42,664 nt of DNA from a virus (taxonomy: Duplodnaviria; Caudoviricetes). This document shows, one piece after another, positions 1 to 8,116 of the stretch; positions within the stretch are counted from its first letter, which is position 1; each line of letters begins with the position of its first letter. The stretch spans positions 1-42,664 of the IMG/VR virus record IMGVR_UViG_3300037515_000227. The stretch is one strand, 5' to 3'. Position numbers and translations under genes: made by a program. The notes under the pieces were generated by a model that worked only from the letters and a program-made list of their open reading frames with translations, did not search any database and was not told the DNA's origin.

Positions 1-696
1 CAACTGGACTTCGTCCACTTCGAGTGGCACGAGGTCGTATCCGTCGGGGCGGACCCACACGGCGCCGGCCATGTCGACCTCGGGCATGTCGTGCTCTTCG
101 CCGTCCTCGTCGATCCAGCACTCGGCGTAGCGGTAGGCGGCGACCTGCAGGGCGGTCTCGCCGTATATGCCGGTGCGGTTGGTCTTGATGTCCAGTAGCC
201 AGGTCAGTCGGCGCCGCTGCTCTGGATCAGGTTCGGGATCGTCCGGGTCGAGCAGGTCGGCGATCAGGTCGAAGGTGCCGCAGTAGTTGTGCGCGGCATT
301 GTGGATGGTCTGCTCGACGAGGATGGGGCGGACGTCGAACTCGTCGAGGAACCGCACGTACGATTCGACGTGTCCGGTGAGTTCGTCGGGGACGGTGACT
401 TGGTCGCCGTGCACGAGTCGCTGCGCCAGGTCGTGGACCTTGGTGCCCTTGTTGGCGGCGGCGTCCTTGGCTGCGTAGCGGGCGCCTTGGAGGGTCTTGA
501 GCCGAACCGACGGGCTGAGCTCTGATAGTTCGTCCCAGTGGTCGACGGCATATTCGGCGGTGGCGCTGCCTGCCCAGTTGATGAGGGCGGGCTTGGGGAT
601 GCCCTTGTCGGTGAAGCTGGTGACGCCTGGGACTCGTTGGCCGGTGTCGGTGTCGATGTACCAGTGGTTCTTGCCTCTGTCGACGCGCTTGATCAC
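1..696 (-). CDS. PD-(D/E)XK exonuclease, 5' part only (runs off the window edge; allele of 41841-42656)
   Basis: Same frame and sequence as the full copy at the right end. Confidence 0.85.
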   Translation of the reverse strand, partial: MIKRVDRGKNHWYIDTDTGQRVPGVTSFTDKGIPKPALINWAGSATAEYAVDHWDELSELSPSVRLKTLQGARYAAKDAAANKGTKVHDLAQRLVHGDQVTVPDELTGHVESYVRFLDEFDVRPILVEQTIHNAAHNYCGTFDLIADLLDPDDPEPDPEQRRRLTWLLDIKTNRTGIYGETALQVAAYRYAECWIDEDGEEHDMPEVDMAGAVWVRPDGYDLVPLEVDEVQL

Positions 697-704
697 TGCT
701 GGCT
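1..704. repeat. Imperfect direct terminal repeat, left copy (matches 41961-42664)
   Basis: Manual alignment: 704 bp, no indels, 26 substitutions all within the first 541 bp; last 163 bp identical. Confidence 0.97.
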
Positions 705-989
705 CCTGTTCCTGTTCTGTTGTTCCCGTATCTGCCGGCGCCGCTTCTCGCGTTCCTTGGCGCTCATACCGCCGTACACGCCGAACGGGATGCGCTGCTC
801 GAGCGCGAAGTCGCCGCACCGTTTGATGAGGTCGCAGCCTTCGCAGATGCCGATGGCTTTGGCGGTCCACTTCTTGGCGTCGCGGTTGGTTTCGGCGTCG
901 TGGAACCAAAGCTCGGGATCGTGTGCGCGGCATTTGGCGCCGTCCCAGCGGGGCGCGTCGGCGAGGTCGGCCAGGGTGACGGTGCTCAT
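693..989 (-). CDS. whiB: WhiB family transcription factor
   Basis: Four Cys (AKC..ICEGC..RC), DPELWF, GVYGG turn, basic tail. Confidence 0.93.
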   Translation of the reverse strand: MSTVTLADLADAPRWDGAKCRAHDPELWFHDAETNRDAKKWTAKAIGICEGCDLIKRCGDFALEQRIPFGVYGGMSAKEREKRRRQIREQQNRNRSQQ

Positions 990-1666
990 GGCTGCACCTC
1001 CAGCACGCCTTGGGACAGGCGGCGGGCAGCGATCTCGCAGTAGCGTTCCTCGATCTCCACCCCGATCGCCTTGCGGCCGAGGTTGCGGGCGGCGACAAGG
1101 GTGGTGCCGGAACCAGCGAATGGGTCGGCGATGACACCGGCGGGCATGGCGTCGATGAGAACGGAGAGCAGCCCTATCGGCTTGGCATGAGGGTGACCCT
1201 CACTCGCCTTTGAGTAGGAGGTGTTCTCGCCATTCGACCGGATTACACTGGACCGCTGAGCAGCGGAAGCGGGGAAGTTTCCGAGCAGATAGACGCCCTC
1301 CCAGTCGCGACGGAAGCCAGCGACGGTGCCGAAGATGCCGACGGTCGCAGGCTTCTGCCAAACAAGGGCCTGTCTCGTGTCCCTTGGCAAATGGCGATGG
1401 GGCGATCCGAACACGGCGGCCGGTTTCGGTAGCCATGCAGCCAAAACCTCATCTCTGGCCGAGGTGTCATCGTCATTCAAAATGCCCGCGTGGGCCTCCT
1501 GTTCGCCGCGGCTAAGAGCGCGATTAGCAGGAAGCTTCGGCTTACTCCACCGAATGCCGTAAGGCGGGTCGGTGACCAGCACGTCCGCGGCCAGCCATTC
1601 GGTGACCTCGCGGCAGTCCCCGTGGTAGAGGGTGACCTGGTCGTCCTGGTAGTAGGGCTCGGTCAT
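986..1666 (-). CDS. Orphan DNA methyltransferase (N6-A/N4-C, beta class)
   Basis: LYHGDC, TDPPYG catalytic motif before HPHAKP and [12 protein letters not shown]-binding motif; start MTEPYY overlaps upstream stop. Confidence 0.93.
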   Translation of the reverse strand: MTEPYYQDDQVTLYHGDCREVTEWLAADVLVTDPPYGIRWSKPKLPANRALSRGEQEAHAGILNDDDTSARDEVLAAWLPKPAAVFGSPHRHLPRDTRQALVWQKPATVGIFGTVAGFRRDWEGVYLLGNFPASAAQRSSVIRSNGENTSYSKASEGHPHAKPIGLLSVLIDAMPAGVIADPFAGSGTTLVAARNLGRKAIGVEIEERYCEIAARRLSQGVLEVQP

Positions 1667-1911
1667 GCCGCCCTGCCTTGGGTGCGTAGTTTGCGCCGCT
1701 GGGTGTAGGTGGTGCCGCCGTACACGCCGCCGACGTCGGTGGCGCTGGTCATGCTGGTCAGCGCGTAGTTGAGGCAGTCGTCGGCGACGGGGCAGCGGGC
1801 GCAAATCCGGCGGGCAGGGGCGACGCTTTCGCCGTCGTCGACAAAGAACAACTCGGAGCCGACCTGGCGGCACAGGGCGTCCTCGGTCCAGGCGAGGGAG
1901 CGGTAGGTCAC
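1663..1911 (-). CDS. whiB: Second WhiB family transcription factor
   Basis: [33 protein letters not shown]; GTG start coupled to upstream stop. Confidence 0.92.
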   Translation of the reverse strand: MTYRSLAWTEDALCRQVGSELFFVDDGESVAPARRICARCPVADDCLNYALTSMTSATDVGGVYGGTTYTQRRKLRTQGRAA

Positions 1912-2243
1912 GACACCACCTCGTCGGGTGTCCACGGCTGCCAGTCCTTCGGGCCGGGGCCGGTGAGACGCCGGTACTGGATGGGCCGGCGGGGGATGGG
2001 TTTGCTGGCGACGATGGGCAGGGCGCCGACCATGGCGGCGAGGGCGAGCATCCTGGCCCGGTCGTCGGGGCTGATCTGCGGGTCGGTGCGCTTGCACTGG
2101 ACGAACAGCAGTTGGCCGGGCTTGACGGCGATCAGGTCGAGTTTGGTCTTGCTGCCGGCGGAGCGGAACATCTCGTAGCCATCGCGGGCGAGTTCGTCGC
2201 GGACCTTGTATTCGAAGTCGCGGCCGTTGCGGTAGTGGCTCAC
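1908..2243 (-). CDS. Hjc-type Holliday junction resolvase (PD-(D/E)XK)
   Basis: [30 protein letters not shown] pattern. Confidence 0.8.
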   Translation of the reverse strand: MSHYRNGRDFEYKVRDELARDGYEMFRSAGSKTKLDLIAVKPGQLLFVQCKRTDPQISPDDRARMLALAAMVGALPIVASKPIPRRPIQYRRLTGPGPKDWQPWTPDEVVS

Positions 2244-2422
2244 TTGTCCCCCCGCGGGTTGCGCGCAATCACGAGGGGGAACCAGCGCCAGGTCCCACAG
2301 CGGCGGCAGGCTTTATGGCCAACGCGGTCGCCGGTGGTCCACTCGTGTGAGCAACGGCGGATATTGCGCAGCCGGTAGGTGATCCACTTCCAGTTGATGC
2401 GCGCACCCCACAAAGGCGTCAC
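2240..2422 (-). CDS. Hypothetical protein with CxH/CxxC
   Basis: Overlapping start/stop at both ends; RBS GGGGGA. Confidence 0.65.
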   Translation of the reverse strand: MTPLWGARINWKWITYRLRNIRRCSHEWTTGDRVGHKACRRCGTWRWFPLVIARNPRGDK

Positions 2423-2748
2423 TTGTCCCCCCGTTCCTGGTTGTGCCGCTCGATGCTGCCGCCGTCCTCCTGCCCGGGCCCCGGTGGCGGCGCGAGCGGC
2501 ATCTCCAGTTCGGACGGGTCGACACCTTGGGCGATGAGGTCGTCCCGCTGTGAGGCGAGGCGGCGTCCCTGTTCAAGCAGGTCGTCGGGTCGGTCGTGGG
2601 ATGCCTGGTCGATGCTGGGGTGGGCTCGCCAGTGCCGCCGGCTGAATGCCCGCCATTCGCGGCGGCGTATCCACACGGCGAGCGGCCACAGGGCGACGAG
2701 GACGGCGAATCCGATCAGGCCGGGGACGATGCTGGCGGCGGTGCTCAC
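2419..2748 (-). CDS. Hypothetical membrane protein
   Basis: N-terminal hydrophobic helix IVPGLIGFAVLVALWPLAVWI; GTGA coupling. Confidence 0.65.
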   Translation of the reverse strand: MSTAASIVPGLIGFAVLVALWPLAVWIRRREWRAFSRRHWRAHPSIDQASHDRPDDLLEQGRRLASQRDDLIAQGVDPSELEMPLAPPPGPGQEDGGSIERHNQERGDK

Positions 2749-3107
2749 CGTTCGGCCCGCCGGACGAGCAGCGCGGCCGGGGCGGTGAAACCGCCACCGT
2801 CGCTGTAGACGACGACCTCGACCTCCTGAGTGATCGAGATGGACTTGACCTCGAGGACGACTCGCCACTCCCCGTCGAGCCAGATGCGGTCGCCGGGGGC
2901 GAGCTGGTCGAGGCTGGCGTAGTGTTCGTGGGGCGGCGAGGATGGACGTTCCGCGTGCGTGCTGGATGTCTGATGAAGCGGGCACGCCGGATCGTCAAGC
3001 GCGTCCCAGCCGCCGTCATGCTGCGAGCAGACGCAGTCGCCATGGATTGGGCACCAACGAGCGGCGAGTCCGGTGCACTGCGCGGTCTGTTGCATGCTGT
3101 CCATCAC
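2745..3107 (-). CDS. Hypothetical protein (Cys/His-rich N-terminus)
   Basis: Coupled ORF; CTGLAARWCPIHGDCVC. Confidence 0.65.
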   Translation of the reverse strand: MMDSMQQTAQCTGLAARWCPIHGDCVCSQHDGGWDALDDPACPLHQTSSTHAERPSSPPHEHYASLDQLAPGDRIWLDGEWRVVLEVKSISITQEVEVVVYSDGGGFTAPAALLVRRAER

Positions 3108-3403
3108 GACCCCTCAATCGGCGCGGTCTGGACGAAAGCGGCGACCAGTCCAGCCGCTTCTTCGGGGGTTGTGACTCCGAAGGACAGGCCGTGTTTCCGC
3201 GAGAAGTGCACATGTCGCCACATGGCTATGGGGTCGCGTCTGACCGCGGTGCAATCGGGAAACACGCATTCGTAGACCGATGGCCTCGAGCCGTCTTCAG
3301 GTCCATTGCGGCGATAGATGCGCTCGATGGTGGGGATGCTGTCGGCACCGGTGACGGCCTCCAGATCCATCGACAGTGCACGCAGATGCACGCTGTCCAT
3401 CAC
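3104..3403 (-). CDS. Hypothetical protein with C2H2-like zinc finger
   Basis: YECVFPDC..MWRHVHFSRKH. Confidence 0.6.
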   Translation of the reverse strand: MMDSVHLRALSMDLEAVTGADSIPTIERIYRRNGPEDGSRPSVYECVFPDCTAVRRDPIAMWRHVHFSRKHGLSFGVTTPEEAAGLVAAFVQTAPIEGS

Positions 3404-3738
3404 TGCCCGCTCTCGTCGTGCCCGGCGGGCCGGGCGGGGGCGTCGAGGATGGCGCGCAGAGTGTCCGGATAGAGACGAGTCTGTTCTGCCAGCGCCCGCA
3501 CCTTGTCGAGTCGACGGCGGGCAACACGAAGCGCCATCTGTGCGGCGGCCAGGTCGGCCTCGGCGCGCTCGGCGCGCTTGTTAGCGGACCTCCAGACCAT
3601 CAGACTGATCTGCTCCCGAAGATTCGCAACGCCGCCGTGTTCGGCGAGCACCCGCAACACCGCGTCGGTCGGCTCGGACACCTCGTTACGCGAGATCGCA
3701 TCGACCAGGTCGGCGATCTTCTCCCGCAGCCCGTTCAT
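3400..3738 (-). CDS. Hypothetical coiled-coil protein
   Basis: Coupled ORF; helical RAERAEADLAAA segment. Confidence 0.65.
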   Translation of the reverse strand: MNGLREKIADLVDAISRNEVSEPTDAVLRVLAEHGGVANLREQISLMVWRSANKRAERAEADLAAAQMALRVARRRLDKVRALAEQTRLYPDTLRAILDAPARPAGHDESGQ

Positions 3739-3944
3739 CCGGCCCTCCTGTACAGGTCGACGACCGTGGCGTCGGCCTCGTCGCGGGCTTTGAGCGCGGC
3801 TTCCAGTTCGGCGACCCGTTTGGTGAGCGTCTGCGTGAGGGTTTCCAGCTCGTCGACTCGCTTAGTGAGGGCGTGGTTCTTGCGGCGGTTGTCTACGCCG
3901 AGATGCTCCTGGTAGGAACCGAATCCGCCTGCTAGTAAGGCCAT
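3735..3944 (-). CDS. Hypothetical coiled-coil protein
   Basis: LTKRVDELE..LTKRVAELE heptad duplication; RBS GGAGG. Confidence 0.6.
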   Translation of the reverse strand: MALLAGGFGSYQEHLGVDNRRKNHALTKRVDELETLTQTLTKRVAELEAALKARDEADATVVDLYRRAG

Positions 3945-3946
3945 GG

Positions 3947-4336
3947 TCAGTCCTCCTGTTCGCGGGCGAGCCGTGATGCCACCCGATAGGCGTGGCGCAT
4001 GGCGTTCGCGCCGACGCGGTCGAACGTCGGTAGACCTGCGTCTTTCAGCAGTTCGTTGGCCTCCCGAGACTCATCGGTGCTGAGCGGGCCGCCGAACACG
4101 TCGACCGGGTACACCTCATCCGGCACTGCCGCGAGCTTGTCCGCGATGCGTTGCCGTTCATCGGCGCGTGTGACTTGCTCCCGCAGGGCCACATGGTCGG
4201 CGATCTGCGCCTCGATTTGAGTCCGCTGTGTGGCAAGCGCCTGCGTGATGATGGCCATGATGCAATCGGTCTCGTAGTCATCGAGTAGGATCTCCGAGAC
4301 GGCTCCCCGCACCTGCTGCGTGTTGTCGTCACTCAT
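3947..4336 (-). CDS. Hypothetical protein
   Basis: Tiles the operon. Confidence 0.65.
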   Translation of the reverse strand: MSDDNTQQVRGAVSEILLDDYETDCIMAIITQALATQRTQIEAQIADHVALREQVTRADERQRIADKLAAVPDEVYPVDVFGGPLSTDESREANELLKDAGLPTFDRVGANAMRHAYRVASRLAREQED

Positions 4337-4895
4337 CGCCGACTCCCATCCGCTTGTCCCGTTCGGCCTGCTTGCCGCGCCACCACTGCTCGGCGCGCTG
4401 CAGTTGTCCGTCGAACCAGCGGGCGAATCTGCCCTGCGGCCCGGTCTGCACCAGGTCAGGGGCCGGTATGTCGACGACGATCACGGGCCGGGTGGGTGTC
4501 CAGCTGCCGGCGTCCCGGCCGGGCAGGTCGTCACTGGCATCGGCTCGCATGTACGCCTCGGCCGCGCCGGCCCGTTCCCGGTACGCCTCGGCCAGCACAT
4601 CGCTGGGGCGGCGGGCCGGGGTCCAGCCGCGGCGGGGTTCGACCACGACGGGCAGTTCGGCGAACACGAACGGCAACCCGAGCTCGTCGCACAGCAGCCG
4701 CATCTCGGCGTGCGCCTGCGCGGCCTGCCCTTCGATCCAGGCGGCGAACTCGTCGACGCCGCGCCGCTCGGCGGCGACCCACCGCTCGAGCAGGCCGACG
4801 GCGCGGCTGTACGGGGCGCTGACGTGTACGCCCGGGTCGATGACGCGGACCACGGCATGGGTGCCGGTGTCGGTGCGTTCCAGCGTGCCGGTCAT
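4329..4895 (-). CDS. Hypothetical protein
   Basis: Tiles the operon; RBS GAGGAGG; internal WTPxRxP duplication. Confidence 0.65.
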   Translation of the reverse strand: MTGTLERTDTGTHAVVRVIDPGVHVSAPYSRAVGLLERWVAAERRGVDEFAAWIEGQAAQAHAEMRLLCDELGLPFVFAELPVVVEPRRGWTPARRPSDVLAEAYRERAGAAEAYMRADASDDLPGRDAGSWTPTRPVIVVDIPAPDLVQTGPQGRFARWFDGQLQRAEQWWRGKQAERDKRMGVGDE

Positions 4896-5128
4896 GGCCG
4901 GACCTCCTCAGCGGGGTACTTATAGAAGGGCTGGCGGCGTTGGCGCCGCTGTTTGCGAATAGCTCTCACGACACCTCGACGGGTGACCGCAACATCGAAG
5001 ACATGGCAGTGCAGCCAATGCTCCGTGGGATCGGCTGAGCCTTCGCAAATCGTGTAGCGGAACCACACGCCGAACAGCCGCTGCAGCCAGGGGCCGGGAC
5101 CTTTGTCGTGGATGTGGTACTCGGTCAC
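4892..5128 (-). CDS. Hypothetical protein
   Basis: GTG start (VTEYHIH) coupled to upstream stop. Confidence 0.55.
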   Translation of the reverse strand: MTEYHIHDKGPGPWLQRLFGVWFRYTICEGSADPTEHWLHCHVFDVAVTRRGVVRAIRKQRRQRRQPFYKYPAEEVRP

Positions 5129-5454
5129 GTCTGCTCCTCGTCGCTGGTGGTGTGCGGGTCGGGGTCGGCCACCGGGGTCAGGGCGGCACGGATGTGATCC
5201 ATAGCGAAATGCCACCCGGCACGGCCCCGCATGTTCTTCGCGTCGTCAGGGATCGGGCAGAAGTCCCCATTGGTCAGTTCCAGCGCGGCGTCCACGGCGG
5301 CGCGGAGGCGGCGCACCTCGGCGTGCAGCAGCCACATTGATTCGTGTGCCCGATAGCTATAAAAGGCAACGCTCGATTCGTGGGTGAGCAGGGCTTCGAT
5401 CTCGCTCAGCCGTTGCAGTGTCAGATCGGGCAGTGTGTCCGGTCGCTTACCCAC
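5125..5454 (-). CDS. Hypothetical protein
   Basis: Tiles the operon; LxAEVRRLR phage-type helix. Confidence 0.6.
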   Translation of the reverse strand: MGKRPDTLPDLTLQRLSEIEALLTHESSVAFYSYRAHESMWLLHAEVRRLRAAVDAALELTNGDFCPIPDDAKNMRGRAGWHFAMDHIRAALTPVADPDPHTTSDEEQT

Positions 5455-5599
5455 GGTCGTCTCCTCGTTCGTCTAGGTCGAGCCCGCCGTCGGCCCCGAC
5501 CAGCGGCGGCGCCTGCACGGGCCCGGCCATGCCGTCGAGCGGGCCGGGCCGGCCGACCGGATGTGCGGCGGCGTCGGCGGTGTAGCGGACGGTGGTCAT
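5447..5599 (-). CDS. Small hypothetical protein (MTTVRY...)
   Basis: TGATG coupling with upstream gene. Confidence 0.5.
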   Translation of the reverse strand: MTTVRYTADAAAHPVGRPGPLDGMAGPVQAPPLVGADGGLDLDERGDDRG

Positions 5600-5922
5600 C
5601 AGCACTCCACGACGACGTGGTGGTGTGTGTCCGGCCGGATCTGGCATGGCACATCGGGCTCGGGATGGTCCTTGGCCGGGTACCAGCGGTTGTTGCTCGT
5701 GCCGGGCGGGCGCACCGTGGTGAGCCATTCGGCGGCCTCTTCGACGGTCAGCCGGGTGCAGACGATGGCCTGCAACAGCGATTCCTTGACGGCGCGGTGG
5801 TCATAGTCGCCGTCTTCGGGGACCTCGTAGACTTCGCGGTCGGGGTGGCGCTTAACCAGCTCTTCCTGCTGCTGGATGAGCTTCTTGGTGCTGTCGGACA
5901 GTCCAGCGATGCGGTCGGTCAC
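5599..5922 (-). CDS. Hypothetical protein
   Basis: RBS GAAAGGAAG; fills operon. Confidence 0.6.
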   Translation of the reverse strand: MTDRIAGLSDSTKKLIQQQEELVKRHPDREVYEVPEDGDYDHRAVKESLLQAIVCTRLTVEEAAEWLTTVRPPGTSNNRWYPAKDHPEPDVPCQIRPDTHHHVVVEC

Positions 5923-5995
5923 GGTTAAACTTCCTTTCGTAGGTGAAGGGCTTGGTTGAACCGGGGAAGTCGGCCAAGCCCTTTGCTTTGTGTCG

Positions 5996-6475
5996 CTACT
6001 TGTCGTTGTCTCGTTGCCGCCGTTTTCGATCCGCAGCCTTGTGACAGATCAAGCACCGGCGCCAACCGTCCGAGGCCATGTAGGTGTTCTCGGGCGTGAA
6101 TTCGTGATCCCGGCTGCAATGTGTGCGCATGACTCGCGGCTTAGGTGGATCCTTGATCCGCCGCTTTCGGCGTTGCGTCGATGGCCGGATTCGCCAGGGT
6201 GCTGATCGCCGCAAATTCTCCTGACTGGTTACAGGCTCAAGATGTGCGGGATTGAAACAGGCGCGAACACGGCACAGATGATCTAGCTCCAGACCCTCTG
6301 GGACGGGACCGATCAAAAGCTCATACACATGCCGGTGAACTCTGACGCGCTTGTCATCGATGATGACGCGGCCATATCCCTTCTCCGTCGCCCCCGACCA
6401 GATCCAGCAGTCCACCCATGGCTTCACGAGGCGCCTGGTGATGTATTCAGGCAGTTGATCGACCGTTGTCTCCAT
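5996..6475 (-). CDS. HNH homing-type endonuclease with C-terminal zinc-binding domain
   Basis: CWIWSG..GYG..VHRHVY..LDHLC..CFNPAHLEPVT..EN; THCSRDHEFTPENTY..RCLIC. Confidence 0.92.
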   Translation of the reverse strand: METTVDQLPEYITRRLVKPWVDCWIWSGATEKGYGRVIIDDKRVRVHRHVYELLIGPVPEGLELDHLCRVRACFNPAHLEPVTSQENLRRSAPWRIRPSTQRRKRRIKDPPKPRVMRTHCSRDHEFTPENTYMASDGWRRCLICHKAADRKRRQRDNDK

Positions 6476-6514
6476 GTGTGCGGGACTCCTTCCGTGTCTG
6501 ATCGGGGCGGCTGA

Positions 6515-6568
6515 GCCGCTACCGGGCCGGGGGGTACGCTGCTCCGCTAGCGCTGACCCGGTAGCGGC
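6515..6568. terminator. GC-rich stem-loop upstream of the HNH gene
   Basis: 12-bp inverted repeat gccgctaccggg / cccggtagcggc; no U tract, function uncertain. Confidence 0.45.
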
Positions 6569-6625
6569 GTGGTTGCGGGGCGGGTGCCGGAGCTGGACGC
6601 GTCGCTGGCTGCTCGCCCCGCGGTC

Positions 6626-6745
6626 CTAGGGGTCGGGGTCGTCGCCGAACGGCCGGCCGCGTGGCTGCATAAGCAGCGAGGCGCCGGCAGCGACCACCAG
6701 CAGGGCTCCGGCGGCGACGGCGAGCCAGGCGAGCAGGCCGGTCAT
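6626..6745 (-). CDS. Small membrane protein
   Basis: MTGLLAWLAVAAGALLVVAAGASLL; ATGA coupling. Confidence 0.55.
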   Translation of the reverse strand: MTGLLAWLAVAAGALLVVAAGASLLMQPRGRPFGDDPDP

Positions 6746-6900
6746 GCCGTCACTGCCATTAGTGCTTCGCGGGTCACGACGGTGCCGCGGCGGGTGCAGA
6801 ACGACAGCGACCAGCACACCTGCCCGTCGTGTTCGTGGGTTGGGCCGAGCGCGGCCAGCACCGTCCAGTACTGGTGCGCGGCACACAGGTAGCGCGGCAT
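6742..6900 (-). CDS. Small hypothetical protein (MPRYLCAAH...)
   Basis: RBS AAGGGGG; 52 aa, below ORF-track cutoff. Confidence 0.55.
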   Translation of the reverse strand: MPRYLCAAHQYWTVLAALGPTHEHDGQVCWSLSFCTRRGTVVTREALMAVTA

Positions 6901-6919
6901 GGTTCCCCCTTCTGGTTTG

Positions 6920-7048
6920 TCAGATCTGCTTGCCTGTCGGTTTCGGCGGCGGTGCCGGCGGCCGGGGTAGTGGCCGCAGCGGCACGGGCGGGTTCTTCAC
7001 CGGCTCGTCGTTGATCGGCTTCGACGGTTTGGGGTCGGGTTTGCTCAT
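6920..7048 (-). CDS. Small proline-rich protein (MSKPDPKP...)
   Basis: ATGA coupling, RBS GGAGG; 42 aa. Confidence 0.5.
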   Translation of the reverse strand: MSKPDPKPSKPINDEPVKNPPVPLRPLPRPPAPPPKPTGKQI

Positions 7049-7812
7049 GACGCCCTCCGCTTAGACAGGTCGGTCACGGTTGCAAGTTGCTCTCGCTTCT
7101 TGCGCCAATAGGACTCGCGCCGGCGTTGCCGATTGCAGGTTCGACACTGACGGCCTCCCTTGCCAGGAGCGACGTACGTGTTCTCTGGCGTGAACTCGTG
7201 GCCGTGGATGCAATGCGTCGTCGTCGAACTGTGACCGAGCAGGGTGACGCCGCGATAACTGCGCTGCGACGGTGCGTTGTGGCGATGACCATGCCGACGC
7301 AGTCCCATAATCAGCGTCGGGTACTTCATGCCAAGTGCCCTGGCGACGTCGGCGAGCGTGATGCCCTGCTTGCTCGCGCGATCTATAGCAGCCCAGAAGT
7401 TGACCGACGCCACACGTTCCGGTGCGTCCAGCGGCTGCCAGCCGCGGCATTCCTTGGCGAGTTCGTAAGTATGTCGGAGCCATTCAACGAACTCGGGCTT
7501 CATCTGCGGGGGGCGGACTTTACGGGGGCGGGGTGTCATGCGCTTAGCCAGCGGAACATCCGGGATCGCCTCATAAGCAGCCTGAGTGGCTTGAAGGGCC
7601 CGCTGCCGGGCACGTTCCCTCGTTACGCCAAACGCCGTTCCGATGGCCTCGAGCGTCCACCCCGCCTCACGAAGCTTGAAGATGTAGGCGTCCAGCATTT
7701 GGCAGTCCCACCGGTCGCCGTCGCTGTAACCCCCAGCGCGGCACCGGTCCTGCAGTTTGCGCAGCTCTGCCGCGATGTGTGCGGGGAGTGGGGGTTCAGT
7801 AGGGCGGCTCAT
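7045..7812 (-). CDS. Double HTH DNA-binding protein with C-terminal zinc domain
   Basis: WTLEAIGTAFGVTRERARQ (sigma region-4-like), ITLADVARALG, THCIHGHEFTPENTY..CRTC. Confidence 0.75.
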   Translation of the reverse strand: MSRPTEPPLPAHIAAELRKLQDRCRAGGYSDGDRWDCQMLDAYIFKLREAGWTLEAIGTAFGVTRERARQRALQATQAAYEAIPDVPLAKRMTPRPRKVRPPQMKPEFVEWLRHTYELAKECRGWQPLDAPERVASVNFWAAIDRASKQGITLADVARALGMKYPTLIMGLRRHGHRHNAPSQRSYRGVTLLGHSSTTTHCIHGHEFTPENTYVAPGKGGRQCRTCNRQRRRESYWRKKREQLATVTDLSKRRAS

Positions 7813-8015
7813 GACGCAGCCTGCTCAGCCAACTCGTCGCGGAGCGCTTCGACGTCGGCGCGGCGGTAGAGCTTCGCGCCGCTGGACAGCCGTACGTGGT
7901 CGATACGGCGCTCATCGTCGCGGAGCTTCTCGTCGGACCAGCGGCTGAGCGTGGAGCGGTCCACCCCAAGGATGGTTGCCGCCTCAGCGCTTGTGACGAA
8001 CTCGTTCGGGTTCAC
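7809..8015 (-). CDS. Cro/excisionase-like MerR-type HTH protein
   Basis: VTSAEAATILGVDRSTLSRW..LYRRADVEAL; first gene divergent from the repressor. Confidence 0.82.
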   Translation of the reverse strand: MNPNEFVTSAEAATILGVDRSTLSRWSDEKLRDDERRIDHVRLSSGAKLYRRADVEALRDELAEQAAS

Positions 8016-8116
8016 GCCGTACAGTCTTGTCACTATCACAAGTCTGTGTCAAGCTTCTCAGTGTGAATCTCTGCCAGGTGTTGACCCGCGCACAGTTCTG
8101 TGCACATACTCGTGTC
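8016..8116. promoter_or_regulatory. Divergent lysis/lysogeny switch: two promoters and palindromic operators
   Basis: Plus: TTGACC (8081-86), 18 nt, CATACT (8105-10), palindrome gcacag-tt-ctgtgc (8090-8103) in the spacer. Minus: TTGACA (8047-52), 18 nt, AAGACT, with near-palindrome cttgt..acaag. Confidence 0.75.

Noticed and set aside
1-704. Diversity-generating retroelement TR/VR pair or physical terminal repeat
   Set aside because: No reverse transcriptase; changes are synonymous and not adenine-specific; physical terminal repeats would be identical and the packaging module looks cos-type.
986-2243. Restriction-modification pair (MTase plus PD-(D/E)XK nuclease)
   Set aside because: The nuclease fits an Hjc resolvase pattern and is separated from the MTase by whiB.
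1663-7812. Several early proteins ending in AA/AS as degradation tags
   Set aside because: Equally explained by overlap with the next gene's RBS and ATGA; not separable from sequence alone.
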